DNA of 64,000 bases from the NCBI GenBank assembly GCA_030704615.1, contig CM060734.1, positions 57,226,001 through 57,290,000 on the forward strand, in the 5' to 3' direction. The position numbers and the translations under genes were made by a program. The notes beneath the pieces were generated by a model. It searched no databases. It was not told the DNA's origin and saw only the letters and a list, made by a program, of their open reading frames with translations. The DNA comes from Takakia lepidozioides. Its lineage: Eukaryota > Plantae > Bryophyta. Below are positions 35,001-47,725 of this stretch, piece after piece. Numbering within the stretch: the first letter of the stretch is position 1; the number at the start of each line of letters is the position of its first letter.

Positions 35001-38000
35001 AATGAAATGAAATGCTACTTTATACAGATTTTGTGCCAAGGTAAAGAAAGCTGATTAGGGACAAATACTAACCAAGCATACCCTCACAAATCCTTGGTAC
35101 AGCAAGCATGAATTAGACCTCGTGGCACTAAGCAGCCAAGGTTGGCGGCAAAGATGCAGATTGCAAAGATAGTCAGTGTGACTCATCGTAAAAGGAATGG
35201 AACCAATGTCTTAAACCTGTAGCTTAATGAGCTCTGAAGAGATCTGGTTTTCCATTTTAAAGTTGATAGACTACTGCACCTGCAACAGACGGGCATAGAT
35301 GTAGGTCCGATTACGAATTAATAAGGTGGCCTGCCGTTTGAGCACTGTCCTGGTTGAGGGCCACCAGTCTTGGAGATATTCCTGGTCAAAAACCTTTGCA
35401 GCTGATTCATTTTCCTGCACAAAAGCAGAGTACAATGTCTTCTCATGTCAATGATGAAACCAAAAAATTGCTTGAAAATGAATATTTCAAAATGTTTTGC
35501 TAGACTCCTTGAAACTTACAGGATGTAATTAATTCACTGTAAGGATTCCTGCACCAAATTACCATGTCTTCTCATGTCAAGATTGAAACCAAAAAATTGC
35601 TTGAAAACAAATATTTCAAAATGTCTCGAAACTTACAGGATTCAAATGATTCACTGTAAGGCGACTAGGCACCCACCCTCTATACAGTCATATAATGTGT
35701 AGAGTAATTCGTGACATAAATTACAAAACTGCCAAGGAATTATCTGGAGTGTTCTCTACTCATTACAAATTTTCCATCCAGGTGCAAATATAGGTTCTTG
35801 ATGCAGGCATACCTTTTCCAGAGGACGCTCGAGCTGCATGCGAACATTTCCAGTGACTTCCTGAACTCTGTTCACAATGTCTGCAGCATTGCAATCGCTC
35901 TCTGTGATGTATTCAAGTCTACCACTTCTGTGCACAATTCCTGTCACGCAGTCTCCCTCTGTTACTTGTGTTGTCTGTAGAATGTCAGCAACAGCTGCCA
36001 TTCCTGTGGCTTCGACTTCAGTAACTACTATTCTTGCCCTTTGACCTGCTCCAAAGGCAATGCTGATGGATGAGAAGGAGTGAACTCGAAAATGCTTTGT
36101 AGACAAACTCTCGATTTGAAGTGAACTCTTTAAGCAGGTTGGGCAGGCTACCACTTGAAGGTCCACCAAACAGCAAACAACAGATTTTAAACAGCTAGGT
36201 GTCACATATAACCCCCAACAAGGAATTTCAGGGTCCACACTTGTTTCAGAGTCATGTTCACTCAAAGATGAACTAACTACCCTGCAAGCATGAAAACATT
36301 TGGCACAGGAACTTTGAAAAGGAATGGGACAGCTGCAGTGTATCCAATAGTGTCGTGGTCTTCACCTCACCTGCCTTGCCAGCTCTGTCCATTAGTTTCA
36401 GGCCTAGAGGCTTTGCTGCTTCCAACCAAAGCTCATGGACATTCTGCAACCAGGGTGAGTTACTCAACTTGGACTCCAACAAAAATATGTAGTATTGGTG
36501 GTCTCAAACCAAAAACTTTAGAAACCAGAAACAGTAATTTCGAATAGAATACAATCAATCAAACAGCACAGCCACAGCAGAGAATAGATGATGCTACCAG
36601 CAGATGTTTCCATCCTGTGGGGTTTCCAAGCACTCAAATTTAGTGGAGGTAACCTAATCAGCATGTTGACTATGGACCCATGACCCGAAACTAGTGCTCT
36701 CACTGCATTGGTGATTTATTGTTTCCGGAAGCAACACATTTGAATCTACTATGGATTATTGCATACCTCAGGGCTATTAACAACACGCAGGACATCTTTG
36801 TGCATATTGGAGTCCATATACACCTTCACAAAGTCGTTGATTGTTAGATGTCTAGAACCAGGCTTCATAAATTGCAAGCCCTCTTTTGTGGCAACTTCCT
36901 GAAGAAAGTTGGGTACATCCACATGCTTTGGTTTCACGTACCTGCAATCTGCAGCAAACTCGGTAAGTTCTTAGATGAACAATTACTTTCAGTGCATATA
37001 GTGAAAATCTAAAGAGTACAGTCAGTTGAAAGATGAGCAAGGTACAGACAAGAAGAGAAAACTCTGACCTCCAGTGACCCTACAAAACTACATAACCTTC
37101 AAGATTTGTCTGAGTATTTGTGTTTTACCCAAGTTCAGCGAAATACGGGAGCACATCTTCACGCGGTCCCTGATAAATGATGCGCCCTTCATGCATAACA
37201 ATGAGCCTGCACAAAAAAAAAAGTGGCAAACAATTGACTAAGGAGAAAGACTGGATACTAGGCTCTTTCATTGTAGTTGTTCAGCTGAGCTAGTTTCAAC
37301 CCATGAGGGCATAGGGCTTCCAAGAAGGACAACCATGCTTCATGTCATGCCCTGTACTTGCTGTCGTTGTAAGATAAATGAAAGAGCAACCAACAATGAT
37401 ATATAACAGATCAACAACGACTACACGTGCTTGCAACTGCATTTAAGACTGTTTTTGGCCGCCATCCAACGTAGCAAAGAGCATACAAATGCCGCCACAG
37501 ACATGTCACCTGTCGAAAAGGTCGAACACTTCAGGGGAAGGCTGAAGCAATGAGAACAAGCAGGTGTATCTTCTTATCCTTGCAAATGTGCGAAATGCAG
37601 AAACAATATCATATGCAGCAGAGCTGTCAAGTCCCGTGCTGATGTCGTCAAGGAAATAGACAAGAAAGGTGCCTGCCATGTGGAAGGCATCAGTTTTGAT
37701 TTAACAGCATGACTACCGATCATAAGAGCAAAAGGCATTGCTTTATAGAACACTAGGAGGGAATTGTAGGCCGGTTTGTCATTATGAAATAGTAACTTCA
37801 GCACTCTGTGGATACCATGTCAGCAAGATGCCTTCAACCAGGCAACTTGAAGCAGTCTACAGTCTACACTTGTCTCACGGGGCCTTCTGTGGTTTCTTTC
37901 CTTCTTTCTCGAGCAATAGTTTTTATTTTTGGCTCTGGTTTTGTTTCCTCTCTCATGTTTTCTTCCATTTTGTCCCATAAGCTTTCCGCTGACGTTATAA

Positions 38001-40708
38001 AGCACCATTTCATTTCATTTCTTTGGTTGCATGTGGGCTGTTTTTTGGCTCTGGTTTTATTTCCTCTCTCTTGTTTCTTTCCATTTTGTCCCATAAGCTC
38101 TTTGAGCTTTCCGCGGACGTTATAAAGTACCATTTCAATCTTTCCTAATGATGGACCAACAATAACACACTTATTAGGATGCCCGTATCATACACTAGAG
38201 AAGGTATTTGATCACTCAGTCCTTAGTTTAATAAGCTTGTACCAAACTGAAAAAATCCTTTACTGGGAACTTTGAACAGAGAACGGTACATACCTGAGGC
38301 CATTTCAGCAGTTGTAACCCGATGTCGTTCGCCTCCACTGACTCCACGCATTGATGCATTTCCAACTCTTGTGCCAGCCACGCCCCGCAGTCCAAGCATA
38401 TGCAGTGTCAACTCCAAAGGCAAATTCTCCCCTCCGAGCTCCCTCTCCATCTGCCAGACATATAAACTCTCTTTCAGAGTCTTTTCATTGTGTTTAAGGT
38501 TCTCACAAAGCTCACAGGAAGCTGAAACACTTCATAGAGCCAGAATAGGGGATGAGAAGTAATTTGGTGCTCAAGTGTTCAGGACAAAGGATTATGTTTG
38601 AATGTTGTCATGCTTAACTCAACTATATCATGTATATGTGAGACCCTAAAGATCCAGGAACTTACAGTTCCAGCCTCACGGCCAAGGGCTGACGTCATGA
38701 AATTATTTGTACACGCGTATGCAAACTTGCAAGTTTCACGGACAGTGAGTGTGGGCAAATGGCTGTCTGTCTGTGCAATATAAGTGGCCACACGCCGCAC
38801 TTGGAAATCCTCCAAACCTTTTCCATTGTAAGTCACCTTCCCACTGAGGTGCATGCTGCTGTCCACCAGTAGCCTTCCAGCCAATGCTTTGTGCAAACTG
38901 CTCTTCCCTGGAAAAGTATTTATTTGGTCTCAGAACTGCACCATTCAAAGCCGTGTCCAATAGATTCCTAACCTAAAAGAGATTTTGCACCTAAATGCTC
39001 TCCCAGTTTCTGCGGATGCTGTGACTAGCATATTAATAGTTAAGTTTTAAATACGAAGGATAACTGGTCAACATGCAAGCAAGAAGAAAAAGAAGTCATG
39101 TATAAGCAGACCAGACACAAGCGACGCAAGACAGGTAAATCGAAGTTTGATCCCCTGCTCTTAGTTTTGGTCCTCACCACATCCAGGAGGACCACACACA
39201 AGCGTCAATGACCCAGGCATTAAATAGCCCGAACAGTTTTCTAACACTTGAAACTTTTCTGTAGCTGTCCTTTCTGCAAAGCAGGGTAGTAAGCACTTCA
39301 AACATACTGATCCCACCGTGTCATAACCTTGTTTTGCCCCTGCCACTTCAGCAGTAAAATTTATGTCCTTGAATTTGACTGCCTGCAATAAAGCCCAAGA
39401 GGTTCAGGAGTTGCTCCAAGGCATACGAGGTGGGTAGCCTTAATTTGTCGAATTGCAAGAGATTAACTAGACTACTTTACTTCATTAAAAGAAACTAATT
39501 TAGCATGATGAAAGTATCTCCACATTTGGTAGACTGGTTTTAAGATTCAAAGCTAACTGCTTTGAGGCTAACTGATGTCAATCACTTTACTTTGATGTTA
39601 CTGAACTTTGAAATTACCTGAGGTGGACTTGGAGGAAAATACTTGCTAAGTTTCAGTAGGAAAGCCAGCAGGCCATCCTTAAGAAGCATTTCAATGCCTG
39701 TTTCTGCCTGGGGCCCACTTGGTAGAGAAGGCCTCTTCCTCATCAGCACCTAACATAAGAGCTAAAACTCAGGAAACTCACTTACGTGGTATATTGTCTC
39801 ATTCAGAATGATCCACCCCCTCCACATCCATGGCATCAACCTCTCAATCCTCATTTGCCCTATAACCAAGACCAGATATCTGGGTACTGGATGCACCTTT
39901 AGGTCAGCACATCAAAATCTTTAGCTTATTCTTACTGAAGCTACTTGCTGTGTCTTTTAGATCAATCTCTTGATGGACCAGTGCTAGAACAGACCTGACT
40001 GCTTTTGGAGAATATCCTGCGGATTCTCTAGGTTGTGGCACCACTACCCACACATAGTTCTTAGCTCTGGCTCTGGTTTTTGTTTCGTCTCTCATGTTTT
40101 CTTCCATTTTGTCCCATAAGCTCTATGAGCTTTCCGCGGACGTTATAAAGCACCATTTCATTTCATTTCCCACACACTAAGTTCATTAAAGTGTTTCGTG
40201 CAGTAGATGTGCTTACTGACTGTAAGAACGCTTGGTCTTCCATAGAATGCCCGAGGTCCGGAAGCTGCTGGACCAAACTCATAATCACGTTCATCAAGTC
40301 ATCTTTCCCCATACTTTGCACTAGATTCACGATCACATTCATCAAATCATCTTTTCCCATGGTTTGCAACCCCAGTTTTAGGCGAGTGACAGCTCTTTCT
40401 TTCGAAGGACTTGTCTTATGCTTATCCACGCTCTTCGTGAAACTGTCATCGGAGCTGTGGTCTACCAGTTCGCTCAGGCCTGGACGGGAGACTGCACGGA
40501 GTGTGGATCTTCTTCGAATTGGTTCAGGTAAGTAGAAGGTGGCGTTAGGACGCGCATGCCATTCACGCAGCCTCTCTGTAAAATAATGTGCCTCAGAAAC
40601 TTTGATTGGCCCTGTTCGTTGATCCCTGCCCTCATCTTGGCTCCATGGACCGAAAGCCATTTCAACGTCTCTACTCTCATCTCGACTCCATGAACTACTG
40701 GTAGCCAT
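20004..40708 (-). CDS. Full-size ABCG (PDR-like, NBD-TMD-NBD-TMD) transporter with an internal PDZ-like domain; 29 exons, apparently intact
   Basis: Exons traced by hand (some borders +/- a few nt): 40708-40217, 39749-39618, 39382-39178, 38907-38666, 38450-38294, 37672-37510, 37206-37129, 36941-36767, 36443-36371, 36045-35813, 35414-35280, 34883-34722, 34424-34332, 33872-33698, 33377-33223, 32635-32444, 32153-31926, 31325-31108, 30826-30702, 30492-30382, 30197-29961, 29744-29591, 28647-28503, 28195-28135, 27748-27647, 22724-22635, 22012-21839, 21522-21485, 20361-20004. Motifs: [59 protein letters not shown]. The start ATG is inferred. Confidence 0.92.
22933..27316 (-). mobile_element. Non-LTR retrotransposon (APE-RT-CCHC; RTE/RTEX-like by inference) with inverted 5' part
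   Basis: 16 bp TSD CAGCTCAGGTGAGAGA (22917-22932, 27317-27332). EN motifs ATFNFSG, QETW, LGDFNA, SDH and RT motifs [31 protein letters not shown] on + (23536-27316). C-terminal CPLC..H..C and 3' end on - (22933-23535). Frameshifts near 24972, 26615 and 27278. Confidence 0.93.
23857..24260 (+). repeat. Three ~141 bp (47 aa) coding tandem repeats in the LINE N-terminal region
   Basis: PKC..PER...[24 protein letters not shown] three times. Confidence 0.9.
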
Positions 40709-41594
40709 CAGTACTTATCAATCTTCAAAGAGGTTATTCAACACACGTCTGCAGTCCAATTAAAGCCATCGGTTACGTAGAGAGGAAAAAGTCCAGGCTG
40801 TGATTCACCACTTGCTGAGTTTTTCTTTCATGTGTAATGTTCGTTTCTACTTCACCTACAACATGCATTTCATCTCAGAAGGCATCGCTAGCTGTTGCGA
40901 AATCTGCAGAGAGACTTTTGCATCGCATAATACATGCCCGTCGATACGAGGAACCAAATTCAGATAAAAATTCCAAAATGAAGAAAATTCGCATCTACTG
41001 CAATCCCTCCTCTTCACCCTTCTTAACACAACTTGATTGCAATTGTACTACATATTTCACCCGCATGCCCTGTCTTTGTGTCAATCTTCGAGGTTCTTCC
41101 TGTGTCTTAGAGCTTGCATACTGCGCAATTTCTGTAACAAATCCCTCCGGTTAGATTCAGTTTCATCTTAGTCCACTTGCTCCACGTAGATCTATACAGG
41201 CGTCTGGCTATTTGGATGATAAATTCAGGAACATTGTGCTACTATTTACAGCAAAAACCATTTCTCATGCATTATCTGCCACCTCTCTCACCACAGGTTC
41301 CTTCTACTGCATGCTGTTGCAGGACTTGTTTCCTACTTCTTCCGTGACTATTTGCCGCTGCAGGTCTTATTCTCCCATGGAATGATTCATGTAGATATCG
41401 AGGGAATCCTTTGTTGAGAGCACGGATTTTTTTGGATATCCGAACTCCTGGAAGAACAACTGACATTTGTATCAGTTCAAACTGACGATTAGGGTTTCAT
41501 CTTCTGACCCAAGTTATGGACAAGTCTGTATTCAGTAATACTTGTCCGAGCAACAACCGATTTCAGCTCCACAGGGCCTTGGTTAGGATTAAAG

Positions 41595-42237
41595 TGTCAC
41601 ATCCCCCTCAATATCATTGATAAACGACACTTGCTTTTGCGGATCTCGTGTCATGAGGCCAGGGATAGTCTTCAAGCTTACATACTATATTACTCCGTTC
41701 TGTAGTTCTTGCAACGGAATATTCGGTGAACTGTCTCTTGACGCTGACGCGGGACCCTGGCCCGGGTGGGACACGGCGGGACAGAGCGGCCTGAAGTTCG
41801 GAACCAGTAGGGCTGACATGGCATGACAAGCCAGTCCCTTGGACACAGACGGCCTGACCCCATCAGTATTTTTTTCTTTTGGTTAACCACAGGGGAACAG
41901 AGGCGGGCCTGATCAAACTTTATCGAAGAAGCGGAGAACAGAGGAGGAAATAACCTCCAAAAGGGAAGCGCAGGGGGAACACCCTGAACCGAAGGGAAAG
42001 GGGGAAGGGAGAAGGATATCTAGGTAGACTCCGAGCCAGGCTAGCAAGGAACAGAGAGGCATAACAAACAGAGAAGGAAGCTAAACAGAAGCATAGAGCC
42101 ACTAGGCACTGCTAAAGTCCAGGTGATCTGGAACAAAGAAGCCACGAGGCACCGCTAAAGTCAAGGTGAACTTTGGACTTACCTTATACCTTCTTGCAAC
42201 ACCCAGGCTTCCAACAGTGAGGTCACTTTGGGTGACA
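41595..42237. mobile_element. Possible isolated LTR
   Basis: TGTCAC...GTGACA ends followed by TGGTA (PBS-like); no TSD and no partner LTR in the window. Confidence 0.3.
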
Positions 42238-43345
42238 TGGTAGGCACCACGAAATGATTCCGATGTTCTCTTGACATGTCCACGATAGTGCTGGACCTAG
42301 CTGCAAAGCAAGGTTTCTTTACTCAATGACTTCACTTGGGGCAGTGATTTATGGATATGGCAACATGGGCCCTCATGGTCGATGTGGCCAAAAGTTGTTT
42401 TGCAAAAACACTCTTGATATAAACCAGTTTTGAGCCACGCAAATATTTTTGTATAGGGTAAGTCCCCCACCCCAGGGTGTACCGCGGTGTGAGGGGAGTG
42501 ACTGAGGGCACAGCCCGAGGTCACGACACGAATACCAAGGTACCAGCCCAACTTCCGCTGCGTAAAGGCATAGGGTTTCTTTTCGCTGTGGACGGCTCAG
42601 ATTGGGGCATCTAACATTAAAGATGACATTGTAAGGCAAAGATGGCATGCATAGTCTCCCACGGAACATTATGCGTAATATCCCACGGGAAATTACGCGT
42701 AAGATCCCCGGGCCCGCGGAAGATCCCCCGCCCACTGTTGACGTGACATTCCGCCAGGTAAGCTCCCTGAAAATACAAAGAGAAAAAACCCGTAGGTTTT
42801 TACGCATGTATTTGTATTCTATGTTTTATTCAGGTTTTTGTAAGATATTTTCAGTGAATCAAAAAATTTAAATACAAACCCATTAATTCGCATATAAAGT
42901 AAATATTAAAATATAAAATAAATAAACTAACAGTAAAACACAAAAAACCAAAAGAACCAAATATTAAACAAAAAGCCTCCCCAATTTCAAAATATACTTA
43001 AAAATATATTATATATGTATATAGTTTTAATATTTATTTAAACACCCCAGAGTGAAATATATTTACTAAAACGTGTCCTCTTTTACTGCTTCACAGTAAA
43101 ATACTACACTATATACAGTCAAGCAAAATCACTATCACTAACTCACAGTCGAACCGTACATTAAAAAATCATGGCACAGAGTCATTATGTTCCACTGATA
43201 CAGTCTTAGTATAGTAGAAGATATATACCATACTACTCCACAATACTTCACTTTACTATAAACACTAGCCTTCCACTTGAAATAGTAATAATTTCACTAG
43301 TTTGAGTAGACTACAATCACTTATAGTCAAACACGTCACCCCGTA

Positions 43346-43985
43346 CTTTACTACACGTCATACTTCAGTTAAACCACTTTACTTGACGTCATGAATGCAC
43401 CTCACACTCATGTTAAGCCACTTTACTACACGTCATAATTCAGTTAAACTACGTTACTACACGTCATTCATCCACGTCATCCTATGGTAGAACACTTCAC
43501 TACACGTCATGCATCCATCTCATAATGCAGTTAAGCCACTTTACTACACGTCATACTTCAGTTAAACCACTTTACTTGACGTCATGAATGCACCTCACAC
43601 TCATGTTAAGCCACTTTACTACACGTCATAATTCAGTTAAACTACGTTACTACACGTCATTCATCCACGTCATCCTATGGTAGAACACTTCACTACACGT
43701 CATGCATCCATCTCATAATGCAGTTAAGCCACTTTACTACACGTCATACTTCAGTTAAACCACTTTACTTGACGTCATGAATGTACCTCACACTGATGTT
43801 AAGCCACTTTACTACACGTCATAATTCAGTTAAACTACGTTACTACACGTCATTCATCCACGTCATCCTACGGTAGAACACTTCACTGCACGTCATGCAT
43901 CCATCTCATAATGCAGTTAAACCACTTTACTACAGGTCATAGCCACGTCATACTGTGATACAATCACTTTACTACACGTCATCCC
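43346..43985. repeat. 193 bp tandem repeat (3 full units plus a partial) built from ACTACACGTCAT subunits
   Basis: Units start at 43346, 43539, 43732 and 43925. Confidence 0.92.
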
Positions 43986-44667
43986 CCAGGTTTTCCTGTC
44001 GCATTTCATTGTCAGAACCTGGCCTCTCGATTCAACTGCTTGACTGAATCGACTCGACGCTTGTCACTCATGTTCGACTCTGCAGCCTGGGAGTAAAAAT
44101 GTCGCAAACAACTCAAAAATGAGTCAAATACAGGGTTGAAAAACCCACCTTGTATTGTAGTGATTACGTGCTTTAGAGTATATTTTAGCCAAAATGTCAC
44201 TTTTTGTAGCCAAATAAATATATTGTTAACAATTAAATTATTGAAGGGGAAAAAAAGAGTTAAATCCCAAAGGGTGCCATATGCCCTCAACAGTCAACCA
44301 TGACCAAGAAGAAAAATGAAGCTTGGGAACAATAGCATGGCGGCTCTTGTTGGTCAAGGCTACTCAGAAATTAGATGGCTGGCAAAAAATATGGGTGCAA
44401 ATCTACAACCCTGGCAGGCCTTTCTCAATCTACTTGAAGACATTTTGTCCTCCATGAGTTCAGCAGGGAAGGATGTTGCCACAGCACGTGGTCATCGCAT
44501 TGGCTCCGAAGTATAGAGTTTAAATGCCGGTGCTTATGGCTGTAGCTCACATCTTGACAATGAACTGCAATTATAAGATTTTGACGCATAGGAGTCAGAA
44601 CAACTTTTTAAATGGTTTTTTGAGATCAATTTTTTTCTTCAATCTGGCAGGTATGCTCTGCAAAGAA

Positions 44668-44720
44668 TGTACTCATAAGACGTGGTTTGCCGTAGCCTTG
44701 CGGCCATTGACCCCGCGCCA
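44668..44720 (-). mobile_element. Very short 3' fragment of the LINE family
   Basis: GTACTCATAAGACGTGGTTTGCCGTAGCCTTGCGGCCATTGACCCCGCGC preceded by AAGAA; TSD not evident. Confidence 0.75.
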
Positions 44721-45779
44721 AGACATCCTTGCGACATTCCTTGTCACAGCTTTGGTATTCACAATAACTTCATTTTTGTATAGGGATTCGAACCCTTATA
44801 GCTATCCATTATAGCATACAAATTATGGCCGAAAGGCCTTTAAGATTAACCATAAAAGTTAAATAAATTGAAGTTTTGGAATGTAATATGATAAACAATT
44901 TGATTGAATGGATTTTGAATTTATTGAAATGATGAAATCTGATGATAAAATATAGTATTATATACTATATATTATATTATATATTATATATTATATATTG
45001 ATTTATATTTTTTTAATACATATTATATTATTATATCCATTTAAATTATTATTACTATTAAATAAATTCGTTAATATAAATAGTATATTTGAAATCTTTG
45101 AAGTTTTTGAGATGCAGTATTATAGATTACTTGATTGATTAATAATGAATCTGACATTGAAAGCATGATATAAATTGAAAATATATTTATTCTTATAATA
45201 TATAATATATACCATTATGTTTAAATAAATAAATAAATTATAATTTTAGTTCTCTTAAATAAATATTTTAGTATGTTCAATTATAGAAATAATATAAATA
45301 TTTAAGATTTTAAATTTGAAATATGAAAATGTCATGATAAGATATAAAGTGATATGAATAAATAATTATGTAGTAAGTAAAAATAACACATGATTGTAAC
45401 TGATAATGATTGATTTACAATAATGGATGGATGATAATTGACTGGTTGATGGATAGAATGATAGTTATTTATGTAGTGACGTCGTTAGGTTATAGCTAGA
45501 TTTTAAAATATACCTATTTATTATTAAAAAAATTTTACTCAATGTAATATAAATATTCGGTTTTTATATACTTATTTAAACTATATATATATATAAAATT
45601 CTGATTATAGTTGAATATTTATGATCTCTAAGTTGTATATACTTTATTGATATCATGCTTAAATATCATATATACTATAGATTATGATGTAACATTCAAG
45701 TGGCATAATCAATTTTGATGATTTCTTGGAAATATAAGATAGTGTTTTTGGTAGTTATCTGATAGTGTGTCTAATATGT

Positions 45780-46850
45780 TAGAAGAAGAGAAAACAAAAC
45801 GAAAGAGAAAGAACGAAGAGAAAAAATGAAGAGAAAGAAAGAAGGGAAAATTCTATTCCGCTGAGCAACTCATACAGAAATACAAAGAACAGAAATTAGA
45901 AAGAAACATAAACAAAGACAGAAAGTGAAAGAAAAAAACAAATGAAGGCTATTCAGAAGAACTAGAAGACAGTTCTATTTTGCCACAGAACCGAAAGAAC
46001 AAAGCAAGATAAACAAACAACAGAAGCAAAGAATAAAGACAAACGACGAGTAAAGAAACAAAACAAAAGAGAAAAAACAAAGAGAAAAAAAAATGGAAAG
46101 TTCTATTTTGCTGTACAACTCACACAGAAATACAAAGAACAGAGATCGGAAAGAAACATAAACAAAAAACAAAAAACGAAAGAAAAAAACAAATGAAGGC
46201 TACTCAGAATTAGAACTAGGAGACAGTTTGTTTTGCCACATAACCGAAAGAACAAAGCAACATAAACAAGCAATAAAAGCAAAGAAGAAACACAAACAAA
46301 GAGGAAAGAAAACAAAACGAGAGAGAGAGCATGAATAGAAAGTTCTATTCCGCTGAACAACTCACACAAAAATACAAAGAACAGAGATCAGAAAGAAACA
46401 TAAACAAAAAACAGAAAATAAAAGAAAAAACAAAATGAAGGCTATTGAGAATAATTAAGAGACAGTTCTAAAGAACAAAGAAACATAAACAAACAACAGA
46501 AGCAAAGAAGAAACACAAACGAAGGCAAAGGAGCAGAACAGTTCTATTCTATACAAAAAGCTTGCTTGTAAAAGAAAGTGAAGGAAATGATCCTCGTTCT
46601 GCATACTTATAGAGGTTTCAAAGAAACATAAACAGAGAACCAAAACTGAAGAATAAAGACAAATTACTGAGAACAACTAAAAAAGGTTGCCAAATAACTG
46701 AAAGAACAGAGAAACATAAACCAGCAACAGAAACAAAGAAAAAACAGAGAAACAAAGGTAAAAGAGCAAAACTAAGAGACAGTTCTATTGTCTGCAAACA
46801 ACTTGTGGCAGAAATAGAAGAAAATTATCCTCGTTTTCTATACTTATAGG
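45780..46850. repeat. A-rich low-complexity degenerate tandem repeat (~240 bp period)
   Basis: TTCTATT...CAACTCACACAGAAATACAAAGAACAGAGATC...AAAGAAACATAAAC blocks recur. Confidence 0.75.
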
Positions 46851-46957
46851 GAAAAAAATGAGGTACAGTCTAAAAAGAATGAATGAAAAATAAAATAATT
46901 GGATGAAAACTACATAAAAAGTTACTATTTATTAACCTTATCCCACACACTTTTTGA

Positions 46958-47137
46958 ATAGGTACTAACTCATGAAGGTTTATTCAAAAATAGATGTCGG
47001 TGCATTACAAATAGTTGTATGAACGTTTATCGATGACAAAATCTTGTTTTAATTGTAATAAATGGTGTCACCTACAAATTTTGTCGGTACATACCAATAA
47101 ATAGTACATGTGATTCTTAAATGTAATGATCAAAAGT

Positions 47138-47178
<41 letters not shown>

Positions 47179-47725
47179 CCCTTAGGAATCCTTAGGCCGC
47201 CCTAAAGAGTCCTAAGAGCCATCAAAAATAACAATTTACATCTTTCTATTTTCCCCTCTTAGGACACCTTAGGGCCGCCCGGCAATTATAAATAACAAAA
47301 TACATCTTTCCATTTTCCCTCTTCTTAGGAGGCTAATATAAATAATAATTTTTATCATTTTATTTTTTCCACCCTTAAGACTCATTAGGGGCACCCTAAG
47401 GAGTCCTAAGGGCAGTTATAAATAATAATTTACATTTTTCAATTTTCCCCTTCTTAGGACTCCTTAGGGCAGTCCTAAGGAGTCCCAAGGGCAGTTATAA
47501 ATAATAATATATATCTTACTATTTATTTTTATTTTTAACATAGGTACTAACACGTAAAGGTTTATTTCAAAAAAGGATGTCGGTGCATTACAAATGGATG
47601 TATGAACATTTATCAAAAATAAAGTTTTATTTTAATTATAATAAATGATTACAACCTACCAATTTTGTCGGTACATACCAATAAATAGTATATGTGATTC
47701 ATAAATATAATAACCATAGTTGATA
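46958..47725. repeat. Two ~185 bp direct repeats flanking (AT)n and a CCTTAGG/CCTAAGG palindromic minisatellite
   Basis: 46958-47141 resembles 47540-47725; (AT)n at 47140-47173; repeated CTTAGG..CCTAAGG units at 47180-47510. Confidence 0.75.

Larger units (their letters stand above)
22075..40168. repeat. Dispersed (CATTT)n-tailed SINE/LINE-3' family, 7 short copies in ABCG introns
   Basis: Core GAGCTTTCCGCGGACGTTATAAAGCACCATTTCATTT at ~22075-22152, 22255-22307, 37915-38020, 38045-38137 and 40063-40168 (+), and 27383-27490 and 28782-28890 (-). The range given is the span of the copies. Confidence 0.8.

Noticed and set aside
43346-43985. CRISPR-like repeat-spacer array
   Set aside because: The 'spacers' repeat with a 193 bp period, the context is eukaryotic, and there are no cas genes.
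45975-46676. Hydrophobic 'membrane protein' ORFs
   Set aside because: Translations of T-rich low-complexity repeats.
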